Shown here piece after piece: positions 43,918 through 53,265 of a stretch of 55,802 nt of DNA (position 1 is the first letter of the stretch; each line of letters opens with the position of its first letter). The notes under the pieces were generated by a model. That model saw nothing but the letters and a program-made list of their open reading frames with translations, ran no database searches and was not told the origin of the DNA. This stretch comes from a virus (Duplodnaviria > Caudoviricetes), in the IMG/VR virus record IMGVR_UViG_3300011252_000208, positions 1 to 55,802 of that record; one strand, given 5' to 3'. Both the position numbers and the translations under genes were made by a program.

Positions 43918-45795
43918 CTAAGTTCCAGCAAGACGCTGTTTTTCGCGCTTGGCTAGTTCCGCTACATCCTCTTCAGACATTGGGCCATCATCAGGGGCTA
44001 CAGACCTACCTGTGTAACGATCCAATGTGTTTAAGGCGTCCAGAATATCACGTTCTTTCTTTATAATGATTGAGTTAAACAGGTCATTTAACTTAAATGT
44101 TATTTCGTCTGCTGTCCTTCCTGCGTCTAAATCACCCACAATTTGTGCAACTCTTGCACGGTCAGCATCCGAAATAGTTTTACCAGCTTCACCCAAAATT
44201 TCAGGAGCATTTTGTGCTTGCAATTTATCTAAGATAAATTTTAATTTTTGTGTTTCGGTAACATCTTCACGAAGGTTTACACCAAGAACTTCAGCTAAAT
44301 TATCTAGTTTATCAACACTAAATCTAAATATATTGACGCCTTCTGCTAACTCCATACCAGTTATAAATTTTTCTTTTGCTATATTTATATCTCTAGCAGC
44401 GTTTTGCAGAGCTTTGTATGTTTCATCTCCTGTACCTACTAATTTGTTTTCCACGCCAGAATTAGGCAAAGCTCTCCAAGTTTCTATGGTGAACAAATCC
44501 CCAGCACCCTCGCCAAATAGCTCCATTTTTCTAGGGGTTTTTGTGTCATATAGCGATTTTGCTTCGGGTGTTTTCATAGCTTCTGCAACAATGCTTGTGT
44601 AGCTAGACCCCGGAAGTATATCAAACTTTTCTGCAAACTCTGGGTTCTGCATAAGTTGTTGCAGTTCGCCTTTGCTAAGTGTTTCAAGACTGCCTTTGTT
44701 TTGCAATATAGATGAAACGGTGCCAGCAACACCATCACCCTTTGGTACTACAAAGTATTGGCTTAAAGCCGACATTTCTTTTTTGGCTGCTTCACGCTTA
44801 GTTTTATCTGATGACTCTGCCTCTAGCGCATATTTACCCGCAGCAATAACATTGTTACGCGCCTCTGCTTTAGCCGCAGTCAGTGCAGGCAGGGCTTTCT
44901 CACCAGCTTCGCCCACAGAACTTAACATTCTGCCAACGTTGAAGCCTTTACCAGCGCGGTTCTGCATCATGGACAGGCCCATAGCCATTAACGCTTGGCT
45001 AGTGTCGGGCTTGCCACTTATGTCAACGCCAGTGGCTTCCGCAAACTTTTTCTTGTAGGCTTCAATGTCACCCACTTTTGGAAGCTGACCTTCTGCGCCT
45101 TCTCTAGCCTGTGATATGTAATCTGTCATTGCTTGAGCGAACAGTTGTTCGGCTGGGTCATCACTCATAGATGGCATATCCAAGCTGGCTTCGCGGTTTG
45201 CGTCAGCTAACTCCTGTTCTTTTCTTTTTGCAATAATCATATCTTGCGCTCTGGCTTCATCAGACGCGCCATCCCTAGCGGGTGTGCCTTTGTTTCTGCC
45301 AGAAGTTCCGGGCGTTGTTTTGGTTTTGCCTTTTTCAAACTTCGGGTCTGTTTCTAAAAATCTATTCTTAAAGTCATCACGGGATTCACCGGGTTTGCGC
45401 TCAAACATAATGTCAGGAATATCCGTAGCTTCAAATATACTATTATCAGTAATACCTTCAGCAGCTATAGCTTCAGCAGCAGCAGACGGGCTTGTTAAGT
45501 ATTTTGTAGCAGATAAAGCAGCGTCTAACATAGGCGCTGGCAACCTACCACCTTCGCCGCTAAACATTCCCAAACCCTTTGTTATACCCTCTGTTAAGTC
45601 TTTAAATCCTATCTCTGGAAACCCGAACACATTGTTGAGAGAGTTTTTTTGCAAATCTTCAAGAGTTGTACCTTGAACCTTTTGAGGGACCATACCCAGA
45701 CCCTGCGCCAAAGCCCCACCTTTTGTCTGAGGGACACCCGCACCTTCTATACGCCTGCGGATTATCTCGTTATACGGTGCGGAAATGTCAGCCAT
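43918..45795 (-). CDS. Internal virion/ejection protein
   Basis: Helical; ALMAMGLSMM segment; GKTISDADR; position. Confidence 0.6.
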   Translation of the reverse strand: MADISAPYNEIIRRRIEGAGVPQTKGGALAQGLGMVPQKVQGTTLEDLQKNSLNNVFGFPEIGFKDLTEGITKGLGMFSGEGGRLPAPMLDAALSATKYLTSPSAAAEAIAAEGITDNSIFEATDIPDIMFERKPGESRDDFKNRFLETDPKFEKGKTKTTPGTSGRNKGTPARDGASDEARAQDMIIAKRKEQELADANREASLDMPSMSDDPAEQLFAQAMTDYISQAREGAEGQLPKVGDIEAYKKKFAEATGVDISGKPDTSQALMAMGLSMMQNRAGKGFNVGRMLSSVGEAGEKALPALTAAKAEARNNVIAAGKYALEAESSDKTKREAAKKEMSALSQYFVVPKGDGVAGTVSSILQNKGSLETLSKGELQQLMQNPEFAEKFDILPGSSYTSIVAEAMKTPEAKSLYDTKTPRKMELFGEGAGDLFTIETWRALPNSGVENKLVGTGDETYKALQNAARDINIAKEKFITGMELAEGVNIFRFSVDKLDNLAEVLGVNLREDVTETQKLKFILDKLQAQNAPEILGEAGKTISDADRARVAQIVGDLDAGRTADEITFKLNDLFNSIIIKKERDILDALNTLDRYTGRSVAPDDGPMSEEDVAELAKREKQRLAGT

Positions 45796-45805
45796 ATTAA
45801 AGCCC

Positions 45806-46912
45806 TCAAGTACGTTGTTGGTTAATACCCGAAAGGGCTGTGTACGCGCCTATGCCAGCGATAAACGGGTTGGTTCCCGGCTGGGCAGGGGCTGTCGTGT
45901 ATTGACTTGCAACACCCGCAGATGGAGTTCCTGATAGCGCACCGTAAGCGTAGTTGATTGGATACAACGCTTGCTCAGTGCCACGCATAGATTCTCTGCG
46001 CTGATTGTCCAAAACCCTCTGATCGTAGTCGCGCTGTGTTTGACCTAGCCCATACATAAAGCCCATGTCTGCGGGGGTCATGGCGCTATAAACCCGACCA
46101 ACATCTGCGCTAGTTCCGCCCAATGTGCCGTAGGACGATCCAGCGTCTACCAGCTTAGAACCAAGACCACCGACTGTTTGACCTAATCCGCCTGTAAGTC
46201 TGCCGCCTTCTAAGTTGCGCTTTTGTTCGGCTTCAAACCCAGACATAGCTGCGCCTAAAGACTTGTCGTATCCTTGAGACATCATATTCGCTATGGTTCT
46301 GGCCCTAGCATCCTGAATATTGCCTTGCGTTGCAGCCGCCTGCACACCCGCTCTTGATCCGCCAAATGCACCAGCCCCCACTGCCTGTGCATTTAATTTC
46401 TGCATGGCTTGTGCGCCTTGCTTGTCGATCTGCTTCATTGCCTCGTCAATAACATCTTGCTTGTACGGGTTCATATAATCCGTAACAGCAGTTTTTGGAT
46501 CAAAGGCTTCTGTACCGCTTTCAATGTACGTTGAGGCTTGCGGGAAGTAATCGTCATCTTCTGTGCCTAAAGCACCTTCAATCTCGCTGATGCCAGTATC
46601 CATAGTTTTAGATGCAGTAGGAAAATATTTGGCTGCTCCTGTAGCGTCTGTAAAATACGGTTGATACCTATCCATAAATGCCTGACGTTCTATGTCAGTG
46701 TCAAACGTATTGTAGATAGATTTTTCTAAATCTGTTTCAGGTGCGATTTTATACTGTGGTATTTTAAACAGGTCTGGATACGCTTCCGCGTCCACAAGAC
46801 CGCCAGTGAAAACACCGCCCGACTCTGTGCCGAAGATTTTATCTAGTAAGGCTTGTTCACGCTGCTCAATATATTCTGGACGGCGCTGAATGGTTTCATA
46901 GGTTTCACTCAT
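45806..46912 (-). CDS. Internal virion (DNA transfer/pilot-like) protein
   Basis: YMNPY..DVI and AGAFGGSR motifs typical of podovirus ejection proteins. Confidence 0.7.
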   Translation of the reverse strand: MSETYETIQRRPEYIEQREQALLDKIFGTESGGVFTGGLVDAEAYPDLFKIPQYKIAPETDLEKSIYNTFDTDIERQAFMDRYQPYFTDATGAAKYFPTASKTMDTGISEIEGALGTEDDDYFPQASTYIESGTEAFDPKTAVTDYMNPYKQDVIDEAMKQIDKQGAQAMQKLNAQAVGAGAFGGSRAGVQAAATQGNIQDARARTIANMMSQGYDKSLGAAMSGFEAEQKRNLEGGRLTGGLGQTVGGLGSKLVDAGSSYGTLGGTSADVGRVYSAMTPADMGFMYGLGQTQRDYDQRVLDNQRRESMRGTEQALYPINYAYGALSGTPSAGVASQYTTAPAQPGTNPFIAGIGAYTALSGINQQRT

Positions 46913-47997
46913 GTTCTAGCCTTTTTCTCTAGCGCATTTTGCATATCGTATGCTTTAGCAATACCTTGACGTTGGTTGCCATTGCCAAGACCTTTTATCG
47001 CGTCTTTCGTTAGTACGAACTCACCAGCCATTAGCATAGCGGGTACATCGTCTTTTGTGCCAGAGCCTTCGCTTGGCATAATCCCGCCGTTTCTACGTGG
47101 GAAATAGTCAGGCGTTGCTTCACCGCCGTCAGCTAATGTCCTCATGGTATTGATAGATGTTGGACTGCCAAATCCAAATGGACGATTGGCTCTTGCGATT
47201 ATTTCAGCGCGTCCATCGTCTTCATCATCGTCACCTTGTATTTTTGCTAGTAGCTCTGCACCTAGACCAAACGCCAGTGCTTCACCTGCTTTGGTATTTA
47301 ACAGCTTACCAAGGATGTTGCCTTCGTCCTTTAGGCTTGGGAATACAGATGATCCCAACTCGCCAATGCCCATTAGGTCTTCTTTAAACACACGTTGCGG
47401 CACGGGGGGCTTCACTGCGTCTATTGTTCTATCAACAGCATATTTACTAGCTTCAGCGCCAAATCCAGCAGAACCCGGACCATCAGCGCGTCCAACACTC
47501 TTTGTCACTCTCTTAGCCATATCAGCCATGTTTGCTTTATCTAGTGCTGCTTCAGACGCCATAGACGGTCCACCACTCGCCCCACCAAAGAGGTTAGCTA
47601 TAGATGTACCCTTACCCATATAGCCGCCTATGCCTTCGCCTAGAATGCCACCGATCAAAGCCTCGCGCAGTCCAGCCTTCTTACCTTGCAGCTTACGCAC
47701 TGCCAAAGAAGTCAACGCGCCTTTGACAGCGTTACTGCCAAGAGCCGTTGCAGCAAGAGAAGCTAACTGCGGCAAGAAAAACTCTGGCTGACCTGTGTTC
47801 GGGTTTATACTATTCTGCGGTGTACCAACCATATAGCGTCTAGGGTCAACGCCTTCTGACCTAATTGCAGATGCAATGCCTTGCGCCATCTGAGGGTTGT
47901 TCTGCATAACCTGACGCGGCACAACCATCTCGCCGGGTGCCACATGCGCCATGCGTGTATCGCCGTATCTGCCCATGTTCTGCATGCTGTTCATCAT
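46909..47997 (-). CDS. Internal virion protein
   Basis: GRYGDTRMAHVAPGE, SINPNTGQPEFF, LADGGE, GSGTKDDVPAMLMAGEFV. Confidence 0.65.
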   Translation of the reverse strand: MMNSMQNMGRYGDTRMAHVAPGEMVVPRQVMQNNPQMAQGIASAIRSEGVDPRRYMVGTPQNSINPNTGQPEFFLPQLASLAATALGSNAVKGALTSLAVRKLQGKKAGLREALIGGILGEGIGGYMGKGTSIANLFGGASGGPSMASEAALDKANMADMAKRVTKSVGRADGPGSAGFGAEASKYAVDRTIDAVKPPVPQRVFKEDLMGIGELGSSVFPSLKDEGNILGKLLNTKAGEALAFGLGAELLAKIQGDDDEDDGRAEIIARANRPFGFGSPTSINTMRTLADGGEATPDYFPRRNGGIMPSEGSGTKDDVPAMLMAGEFVLTKDAIKGLGNGNQRQGIAKAYDMQNALEKKART

Positions 47998-48087
47998 GTC
48001 GTAACCTCAGTTGTTTGCTTTTCTAGCATACAAACCCGAACATTTGTAGGGGTTATTGTTTTTTTTAAAAAAACTAAATTGTTCGGG

Positions 48088-48300
48088 TTAGTAAACATTT
48101 TCAGGAACCTGATTTAGATATTTTGGCACACAGTAAGCAACAACCCTGTCTTCTACTTCTATTCCGTGCGTACTGTACCTTTTAACGACTTCACTTGCCA
48201 CCTTGTTACAGAAGTCAACACGGTGGAAATACATATCCTCACTCAGCAAGGTTCGGTCATCCCCATAGCCCAGATAGACCATAAGAACGAATACGTGCAT
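48088..48300 (-). CDS. Small Cys-containing membrane/secreted protein (lysis region)
   Basis: Hydrophobic N-terminus; FC...AYCVP. Confidence 0.6.
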   Translation of the reverse strand: MHVFVLMVYLGYGDDRTLLSEDMYFHRVDFCNKVASEVVKRYSTHGIEVEDRVVAYCVPKYLNQVPENVY

Positions 48301-48301
48301 A

Positions 48302-48754
48302 TCACAGCATTAACTCAAAGTGCGGCGCGTCAATGAACGGTCTGCGCCCCTGTGAGCGCCTTATGTCTATGTAGCTGTTCATAGCATTCTCTGCGCTACC
48401 TTCCCACGCTCCAAGGTCATCTATCGTCCACGCAGCGCCCCAGCGCAGCTTTGCGCCCACAGCCTCTGCGCCTTCTTTCATAGCGTCTGCAATTTCATCA
48501 TATAGGTTGAGTTCCCATCTACCACCATCGCAGTAAGCCATAAGATCAACAGCGTTACCGTCAATGTGTTTTGACTTCATGGTTTGCGAAGCCCCTTTTG
48601 CAACTAAAGCACGTTGTTCGTCTATTGTTCTCAACCCACAGATTACACTGAAGTCTTGTTTCGTAACGCCGATAGCGTATTTAACAATGCCGATCAGTCT
48701 TTCATCTACGCCTTCTAGCCTAGACAGGCTTCGTTTGCTTAACTTATATCCCAT
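48302..48754 (-). CDS. Endolysin, M15 family peptidase
   Basis: GLRT..EQ, SKH..GNAVD, LRWG..W, DAPHFEL. Confidence 0.9.
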   Translation of the reverse strand: MGYKLSKRSLSRLEGVDERLIGIVKYAIGVTKQDFSVICGLRTIDEQRALVAKGASQTMKSKHIDGNAVDLMAYCDGGRWELNLYDEIADAMKEGAEAVGAKLRWGAAWTIDDLGAWEGSAENAMNSYIDIRRSQGRRPFIDAPHFELML

Positions 48755-48756
48755 GA

Positions 48757-49212
48757 TTATTTCCCCGCATACTTAGATATAGCGCGATTGCCAAACCAGA
48801 AAGCTAACACTGCACTCATCAATCCAGCCGTTTCGGTATCCCACATAAGTTCAACAGCCTGCATCCAATCACCGCCAGCTTGTGTGACCTTCACCATAAT
48901 CACGACTTTTGTGGCAATGAATAAAGCAAAAAACATATAAGTGATAACGGGCCGAACGGACCCACGCAAGGCGTTGATAAAACTTCCAGCGTCGATAGAA
49001 CTGTCATGTAAATACAACCCTTTCGTTTCCTCAATGTCAGCTTGTTTATCCAACTCAACCAGCTTCATCTCAGAACGTTTTTGCGCTAGTTCTGTTTCAA
49101 TATGCATCATTTCTATACGATGCTTTTGCGCTTGGTTCGCCTTGAAGTAATTTAAAACCTCTGGCAGAAATGAACTGCCAAACCCTAGTAAGCTACCTAA
49201 TAGTGTTATCAT
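48757..49212 (-). CDS. Holin (3-TM, GTA-type)
   Basis: MITLLGSLLGFG...SVRPVITY...AFWFGNR; directly upstream of endolysin. Confidence 0.75.
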   Translation of the reverse strand: MITLLGSLLGFGSSFLPEVLNYFKANQAQKHRIEMMHIETELAQKRSEMKLVELDKQADIEETKGLYLHDSSIDAGSFINALRGSVRPVITYMFFALFIATKVVIMVKVTQAGGDWMQAVELMWDTETAGLMSAVLAFWFGNRAISKYAGK

Positions 49213-49409
49213 TTCTCTGACCCCAACCATACTGCAAACGCGCCTGTCATAGCGCCGGTTACAACAGAAATTAGACTTGCCTGCTGTGTAGACAAATCGG
49301 GTTGTGTAAGCGCCCACTCAATGCACCGAACATAAACTACTGTCATGGTGAACATCATAAAACGTGGCAAAAGTTTGTATTCTAGTATTTTTTCAAAAGC
49401 GTTTGTCAT
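49209..49409 (-). CDS. Small membrane protein
   Basis: LPRFMM...W...PD...VSVVTGAMTGAFAVWL; two hydrophobic segments. Confidence 0.7.
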   Translation of the reverse strand: MTNAFEKILEYKLLPRFMMFTMTVVYVRCIEWALTQPDLSTQQASLISVVTGAMTGAFAVWLGSEK

Positions 49410-49663
49410 TCAAAGCCCCCTTGCAAGCCTTCCATTATTTCCTTAACAGTCGGACGCCGCTTAGTATCGGGTGAGTATCGGCATTGGAACTGTCTTGGAC
49501 ACTCCTTAAAACTAAAACTCGGATAGTGATAACCTATCGTATTATTTGGCCCTTTGTAAATACAAACCATTTCATTCTGTATTTTAGTGCGTTTAGCCAA
49601 CTGACAAGTTACAAAATCAGGACTAACCAAACCAGCTACAATTGCAGATGCAATTAACATCAT
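49406..49663 (-). CDS. Small Cys-rich exported protein
   Basis: Signal-like N-terminus; C..VCIY.G...CPRQFQC. Confidence 0.65.
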   Translation of the reverse strand: MMLIASAIVAGLVSPDFVTCQLAKRTKIQNEMVCIYKGPNNTIGYHYPSFSFKECPRQFQCRYSPDTKRRPTVKEIMEGLQGGFE

Positions 49664-49866
49664 GTATCTACCCCAACTTTACGACAAGTGAATTGCCCTG
49701 AAGCGGGTATCCCTGACATTATCATTATGTTTTCTACAACAGAACTGCCTTTTTGCATACCTTCAATTAAACATTCGCCTTTTGTTTCAAAGCGTTGATT
49801 GTTTTCCAACATAAATGAATCGCCGTTTATAAAAACAATAAGAAAATATAGAACCCAGCTATCCAT
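49660..49866 (-). CDS. Small membrane-associated protein
   Basis: Hydrophobic N-terminus; F.T..EC motif. Confidence 0.6.
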   Translation of the reverse strand: MDSWVLYFLIVFINGDSFMLENNQRFETKGECLIEGMQKGSSVVENIMIMSGIPASGQFTCRKVGVDT

Positions 49867-50345
49867 TACTGGGTGGCTAGGACAATTAAATACATGCCAC
49901 CACCAAGAACACTAATTATGCCTAGAGACAGTCCAGCTATGGCTGCATTATTTGCCAGTTGGCGTTTAGCTTCCATAGCTGCATATATGGTTTCTTCCCG
50001 TTCTTTTCGTATTTGCCTACGCATACCTAGCATTTCGTCGTAAGTGCCTAATCCAAAACGATAATCTAGCATGAATTTAATTTCTTTTTCTTTTTCAATT
50101 AATGTTTTTTTGCGGACAATAATGTCCATTGCTTCCTTTTCTATGTTTTCAGTGCCATGTGTTTTTTTGTCTAGCCAAGTGGGGTTTTTACGTTGGGACT
50201 CAGCGCGTGTAATATCTGCGACTGCGCCATACCACGTTCCTAACTGCTTGCTAACATCTTGAATCTCACGACCCGCGCCAACCAACATTTTGACACCCTT
50301 AAAGGCGGCGTTAGCTGTGGCAAATGCTGTGATTGGGTCTATCAT
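49866..50345 (-). CDS. Conserved phage membrane protein
   Basis: MIDPITA N-terminus, coiled coil, C-terminal TM. Confidence 0.75.
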   Translation of the reverse strand: MIDPITAFATANAAFKGVKMLVGAGREIQDVSKQLGTWYGAVADITRAESQRKNPTWLDKKTHGTENIEKEAMDIIVRKKTLIEKEKEIKFMLDYRFGLGTYDEMLGMRRQIRKEREETIYAAMEAKRQLANNAAIAGLSLGIISVLGGGMYLIVLATQ

Positions 50346-50360
50346 CGCGAAACAAAGCTC

Positions 50361-50558
50361 CTAACCCATTTTTATAAGTATGGTCACAAGCATTAACATG
50401 ATAGCGCCTGAAGCTGCCATTAGCGTTGTTTCAAGTCGCTTAACCCGAACAAATAATTCTTTAAACTGGATTCTGACTTCTGTTTGCAGCGCAACCATAT
50501 CTTTTTCCAACTTGTCTATTCTGCTATGTGCAGATTGTAATGTTCGTTCATCTGTCAT
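50361..50558 (-). CDS. Small coiled-coil plus TM protein
   Basis: AHSRIDKLE...VKRLE; C-terminal hydrophobic segment. Confidence 0.7.
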   Translation of the reverse strand: MTDERTLQSAHSRIDKLEKDMVALQTEVRIQFKELFVRVKRLETTLMAASGAIMLMLVTILIKMG

Positions 50559-50848
50559 GCTGTCACCGTTACCGTACCAACTTGCCCCGTTCCCAATACA
50601 CCAGCAGCATAAGGCTGATGAGCAACAGGAACCCTTAAAACACCATCTACAACAAAAACAGTGCCATCTTCTAAACCCGAATCATTGTTCGGCAAGTTCG
50701 TAAAAACTTGTGTGGTATTTCTACCAGCGCCGGGGTTTTGCATTTGCTGAATATACAGAGCAAATGAACGTACCAAGCTATCCATATAAGCTATAGAATA
50801 CTCAGTTGGCGGCTTTCCAAAGAAAGGTTTGGCTAAATTTCTTGACAT
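50555..50848 (-). CDS. Small tail protein
   Basis: PP.EY...LVRSF...LPNNDSGLE.G; follows nozzle gene. Confidence 0.65.
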   Translation of the reverse strand: MSRNLAKPFFGKPPTEYSIAYMDSLVRSFALYIQQMQNPGAGRNTTQVFTNLPNNDSGLEDGTVFVVDGVLRVPVAHQPYAAGVLGTGQVGTVTVTA

Positions 50849-52987
50849 TTATCTTCTGCCATCTGGTCTTATTTCAACACGCGGCGTTCCTAGTCTCCAT
50901 GTTTCACCTAAATTTGACGATTGTATTTTAAACGCAAAACTTCGTCCACGTATTCTAACGTAAAGCTGATCTGTGAACTCTTCCACAGTGGTAGAAACTT
51001 CTTTAGTTACGTTTTTACTGTTAGACTGTAGATACGGACCACCGGGAAAGTTTCTAGCTTGTACTGTCATAACGGCTGTTGGCGTAGCTTCACTAGAATT
51101 TCTAAACGTTAAGTCTGGTATTATCTTGCTGATAAAGACAAACTTGTCGCCCTCACCTATAGTCATTTGGCTGCTTTCAATGCGTGAAATAATTGGACTA
51201 ACAGGATTAGTGCTACCATCATCAAACCCGAACTCATGTGTATAAAGGTAGTTATCACCACCAGCGGCTGTTGGGTTAGAATCAATACCTCTATCCTGCC
51301 AAAATGTTCGGCTTAGATTTCCAAAATACCAAATGTTTTGACCATAATTATATACAACATATCTGTCGTTATCTGAACTTGTTGATGAAGGATAAAACCA
51401 CCAAACTTCTGTAAAGGCAGTATTTGATCCTGCACAAACCTTTTCACGTTGAGAATCATTAAAATCATTAAACACGTAATCTTTTACAGAACATGGTATT
51501 ACTTTAACCCCACCATCATAAACATAAAACTCTGATAGCCCCATCCAAAACACTGAATCTTCAATGCTAACAGTCGAGAAAGAACCAGCAACAGTAATAT
51601 TGTTTGAAACCATATTTACGCCATAAGTAAGTGGCGGTCCTAAAAATTGCAGAGAATAAACAGACGTATCTGTTAAAACAATAATTTGTTGTTTTGTTTC
51701 AACAGCAGTTACTATTTCAGAGCCAGAACCTAGCACTAAATCTCCCGCAGAATTTGTTTCTTCTGTTTTCCAGACAGTTAAACTTTCAGCCCTGCTATTC
51801 ACAACAGAACTAAATCTAATCAACATTGGGTCTTGAGTTCCAATGCTGGTTTCTGGATCACAGCCAAATACTATTGTGTGCGCGGCTTGATCTGAAACCA
51901 TAACTTGCTTTGCTACAGTTGGCGCGAAGCCATCTGTGCCTGCCAAACTAGATAAAGGGACCGCTCTTGATGTAAGGCCAGAATCATAATCCCAATAATA
52001 AATATTTCCATTATGTGCGTTTATAAGAAGACTTTGACCAAAGTTGTCTTGTGTCCAGCTTCCCAACGCCTGCCCCGCAGCACTAATACTAGCAGATGAG
52101 TCCCAAGTTCCGCGACTCCAACTACCCGCCCCCCAGCCAGTGCCAAATACAGAAGTGTCCAGACCAGAAGTTAAAAGATATGTTGCGGTTACAGTTCCAC
52201 CGCCGTTTGTATCCGAGGACGTAGAATAAACGTTTGTAGGGTTTAAGCCGCCAGAAACAGTAATAGATTGTATTGTAGATACTGTTCTGGCCTCAACTTG
52301 GTAGTTGCTGCCATCTATAACCGCCGTTATTTCATATTCTTGATTTAAAACATTGGCTACAATATTGCCGCCTAAAGAAGTTGCGTTGGAAAATATTACA
52401 AAATCTCCGGGTGAAGCCAAGTGATCTGCATCTGTGACTTTAAACGTACAGCTAGAAACAGATGCGTTACCCGCATGCGTTGCTGCTGTGGTTCCATCTT
52501 GCCCCCTAGAGCAGCCTGTAAGAGTGTCAGCGGACGTTCCTGTATAGGTTATAACTTCGGAACCTATTTTAATTCTGCCAGAAGGCGCAAATGCTGTTGC
52601 TGCTGAGTTATTTGTAAGACGAATAACTGTATCAGTTGGTAAAACTTGTGTGTTATGAAGCGTTGTGCTTCTAGCAGTAAACGGGTTTGTAAGCGTATCT
52701 GTTCTGTCTATAGGTGTAATGTCATAGAATGTTTCACCGTTATTTATGTAAAACTTTCTGTTGGTTCCTATGCCTAATAATTTAGTGCCATCAAGTGCGA
52801 CCCAAGAATGCAAAGACCTACACGTTCCTATAAACGCTTCGTTTGACCTTTTTACCCAACCACCAATTTTTTCTGGAAAACCAGCGCGAAAACGCACTTT
52901 ATCACCATCGAACCAACCACCTTCATTGCTGTAAGATGTAGTTTCTTTATTGACTCCTGACCTAAATTTTAGCTTGCTTAACGCCAT
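50849..52987 (-). CDS. Tail nozzle / DNA stabilisation protein (P22 gp10-like)
   Basis: GVNKETT.Y..EGGW.D.DKVRFR...PEKIGGW; beta-propeller-like; ends PDGRR. Confidence 0.75.
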   Translation of the reverse strand: MALSKLKFRSGVNKETTSYSNEGGWFDGDKVRFRAGFPEKIGGWVKRSNEAFIGTCRSLHSWVALDGTKLLGIGTNRKFYINNGETFYDITPIDRTDTLTNPFTARSTTLHNTQVLPTDTVIRLTNNSAATAFAPSGRIKIGSEVITYTGTSADTLTGCSRGQDGTTAATHAGNASVSSCTFKVTDADHLASPGDFVIFSNATSLGGNIVANVLNQEYEITAVIDGSNYQVEARTVSTIQSITVSGGLNPTNVYSTSSDTNGGGTVTATYLLTSGLDTSVFGTGWGAGSWSRGTWDSSASISAAGQALGSWTQDNFGQSLLINAHNGNIYYWDYDSGLTSRAVPLSSLAGTDGFAPTVAKQVMVSDQAAHTIVFGCDPETSIGTQDPMLIRFSSVVNSRAESLTVWKTEETNSAGDLVLGSGSEIVTAVETKQQIIVLTDTSVYSLQFLGPPLTYGVNMVSNNITVAGSFSTVSIEDSVFWMGLSEFYVYDGGVKVIPCSVKDYVFNDFNDSQREKVCAGSNTAFTEVWWFYPSSTSSDNDRYVVYNYGQNIWYFGNLSRTFWQDRGIDSNPTAAGGDNYLYTHEFGFDDGSTNPVSPIISRIESSQMTIGEGDKFVFISKIIPDLTFRNSSEATPTAVMTVQARNFPGGPYLQSNSKNVTKEVSTTVEEFTDQLYVRIRGRSFAFKIQSSNLGETWRLGTPRVEIRPDGRR

Positions 52988-53060
52988 AGAACACCTTCGA
53001 TTTAGCCAGTTCTTTCAGGCACTTTACAATATTTAATACCATCTGGCTACACGGTATCTA

Positions 53061-53261
53061 TCAGCTAGGCTCAACGGGCCATGTAAACGTAAACGGCCAA
53101 CCTTCAGCCAATGGAATGTCTCTGAGTGCCTGTCTATATGCTAGTTGTTCTGCCGTCGCAGGATAGTCAGCCAATCCCCAAGTGTCTGTTTCGGCTAATT
53201 TTTCATCTCTAACAGTTCGCCAATACATATTTAATCCTACAGCTTCGTCTTCAATACTCAT
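53061..53261 (-). CDS. Tail fibre assembly chaperone
   Basis: VRDEKLAETD...YRQALRDIP...WP; start moved to MSIEDE. Confidence 0.8.
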   Translation of the reverse strand: MSIEDEAVGLNMYWRTVRDEKLAETDTWGLADYPATAEQLAYRQALRDIPLAEGWPFTFTWPVEPS

Positions 53262-53265
53262 TTTA

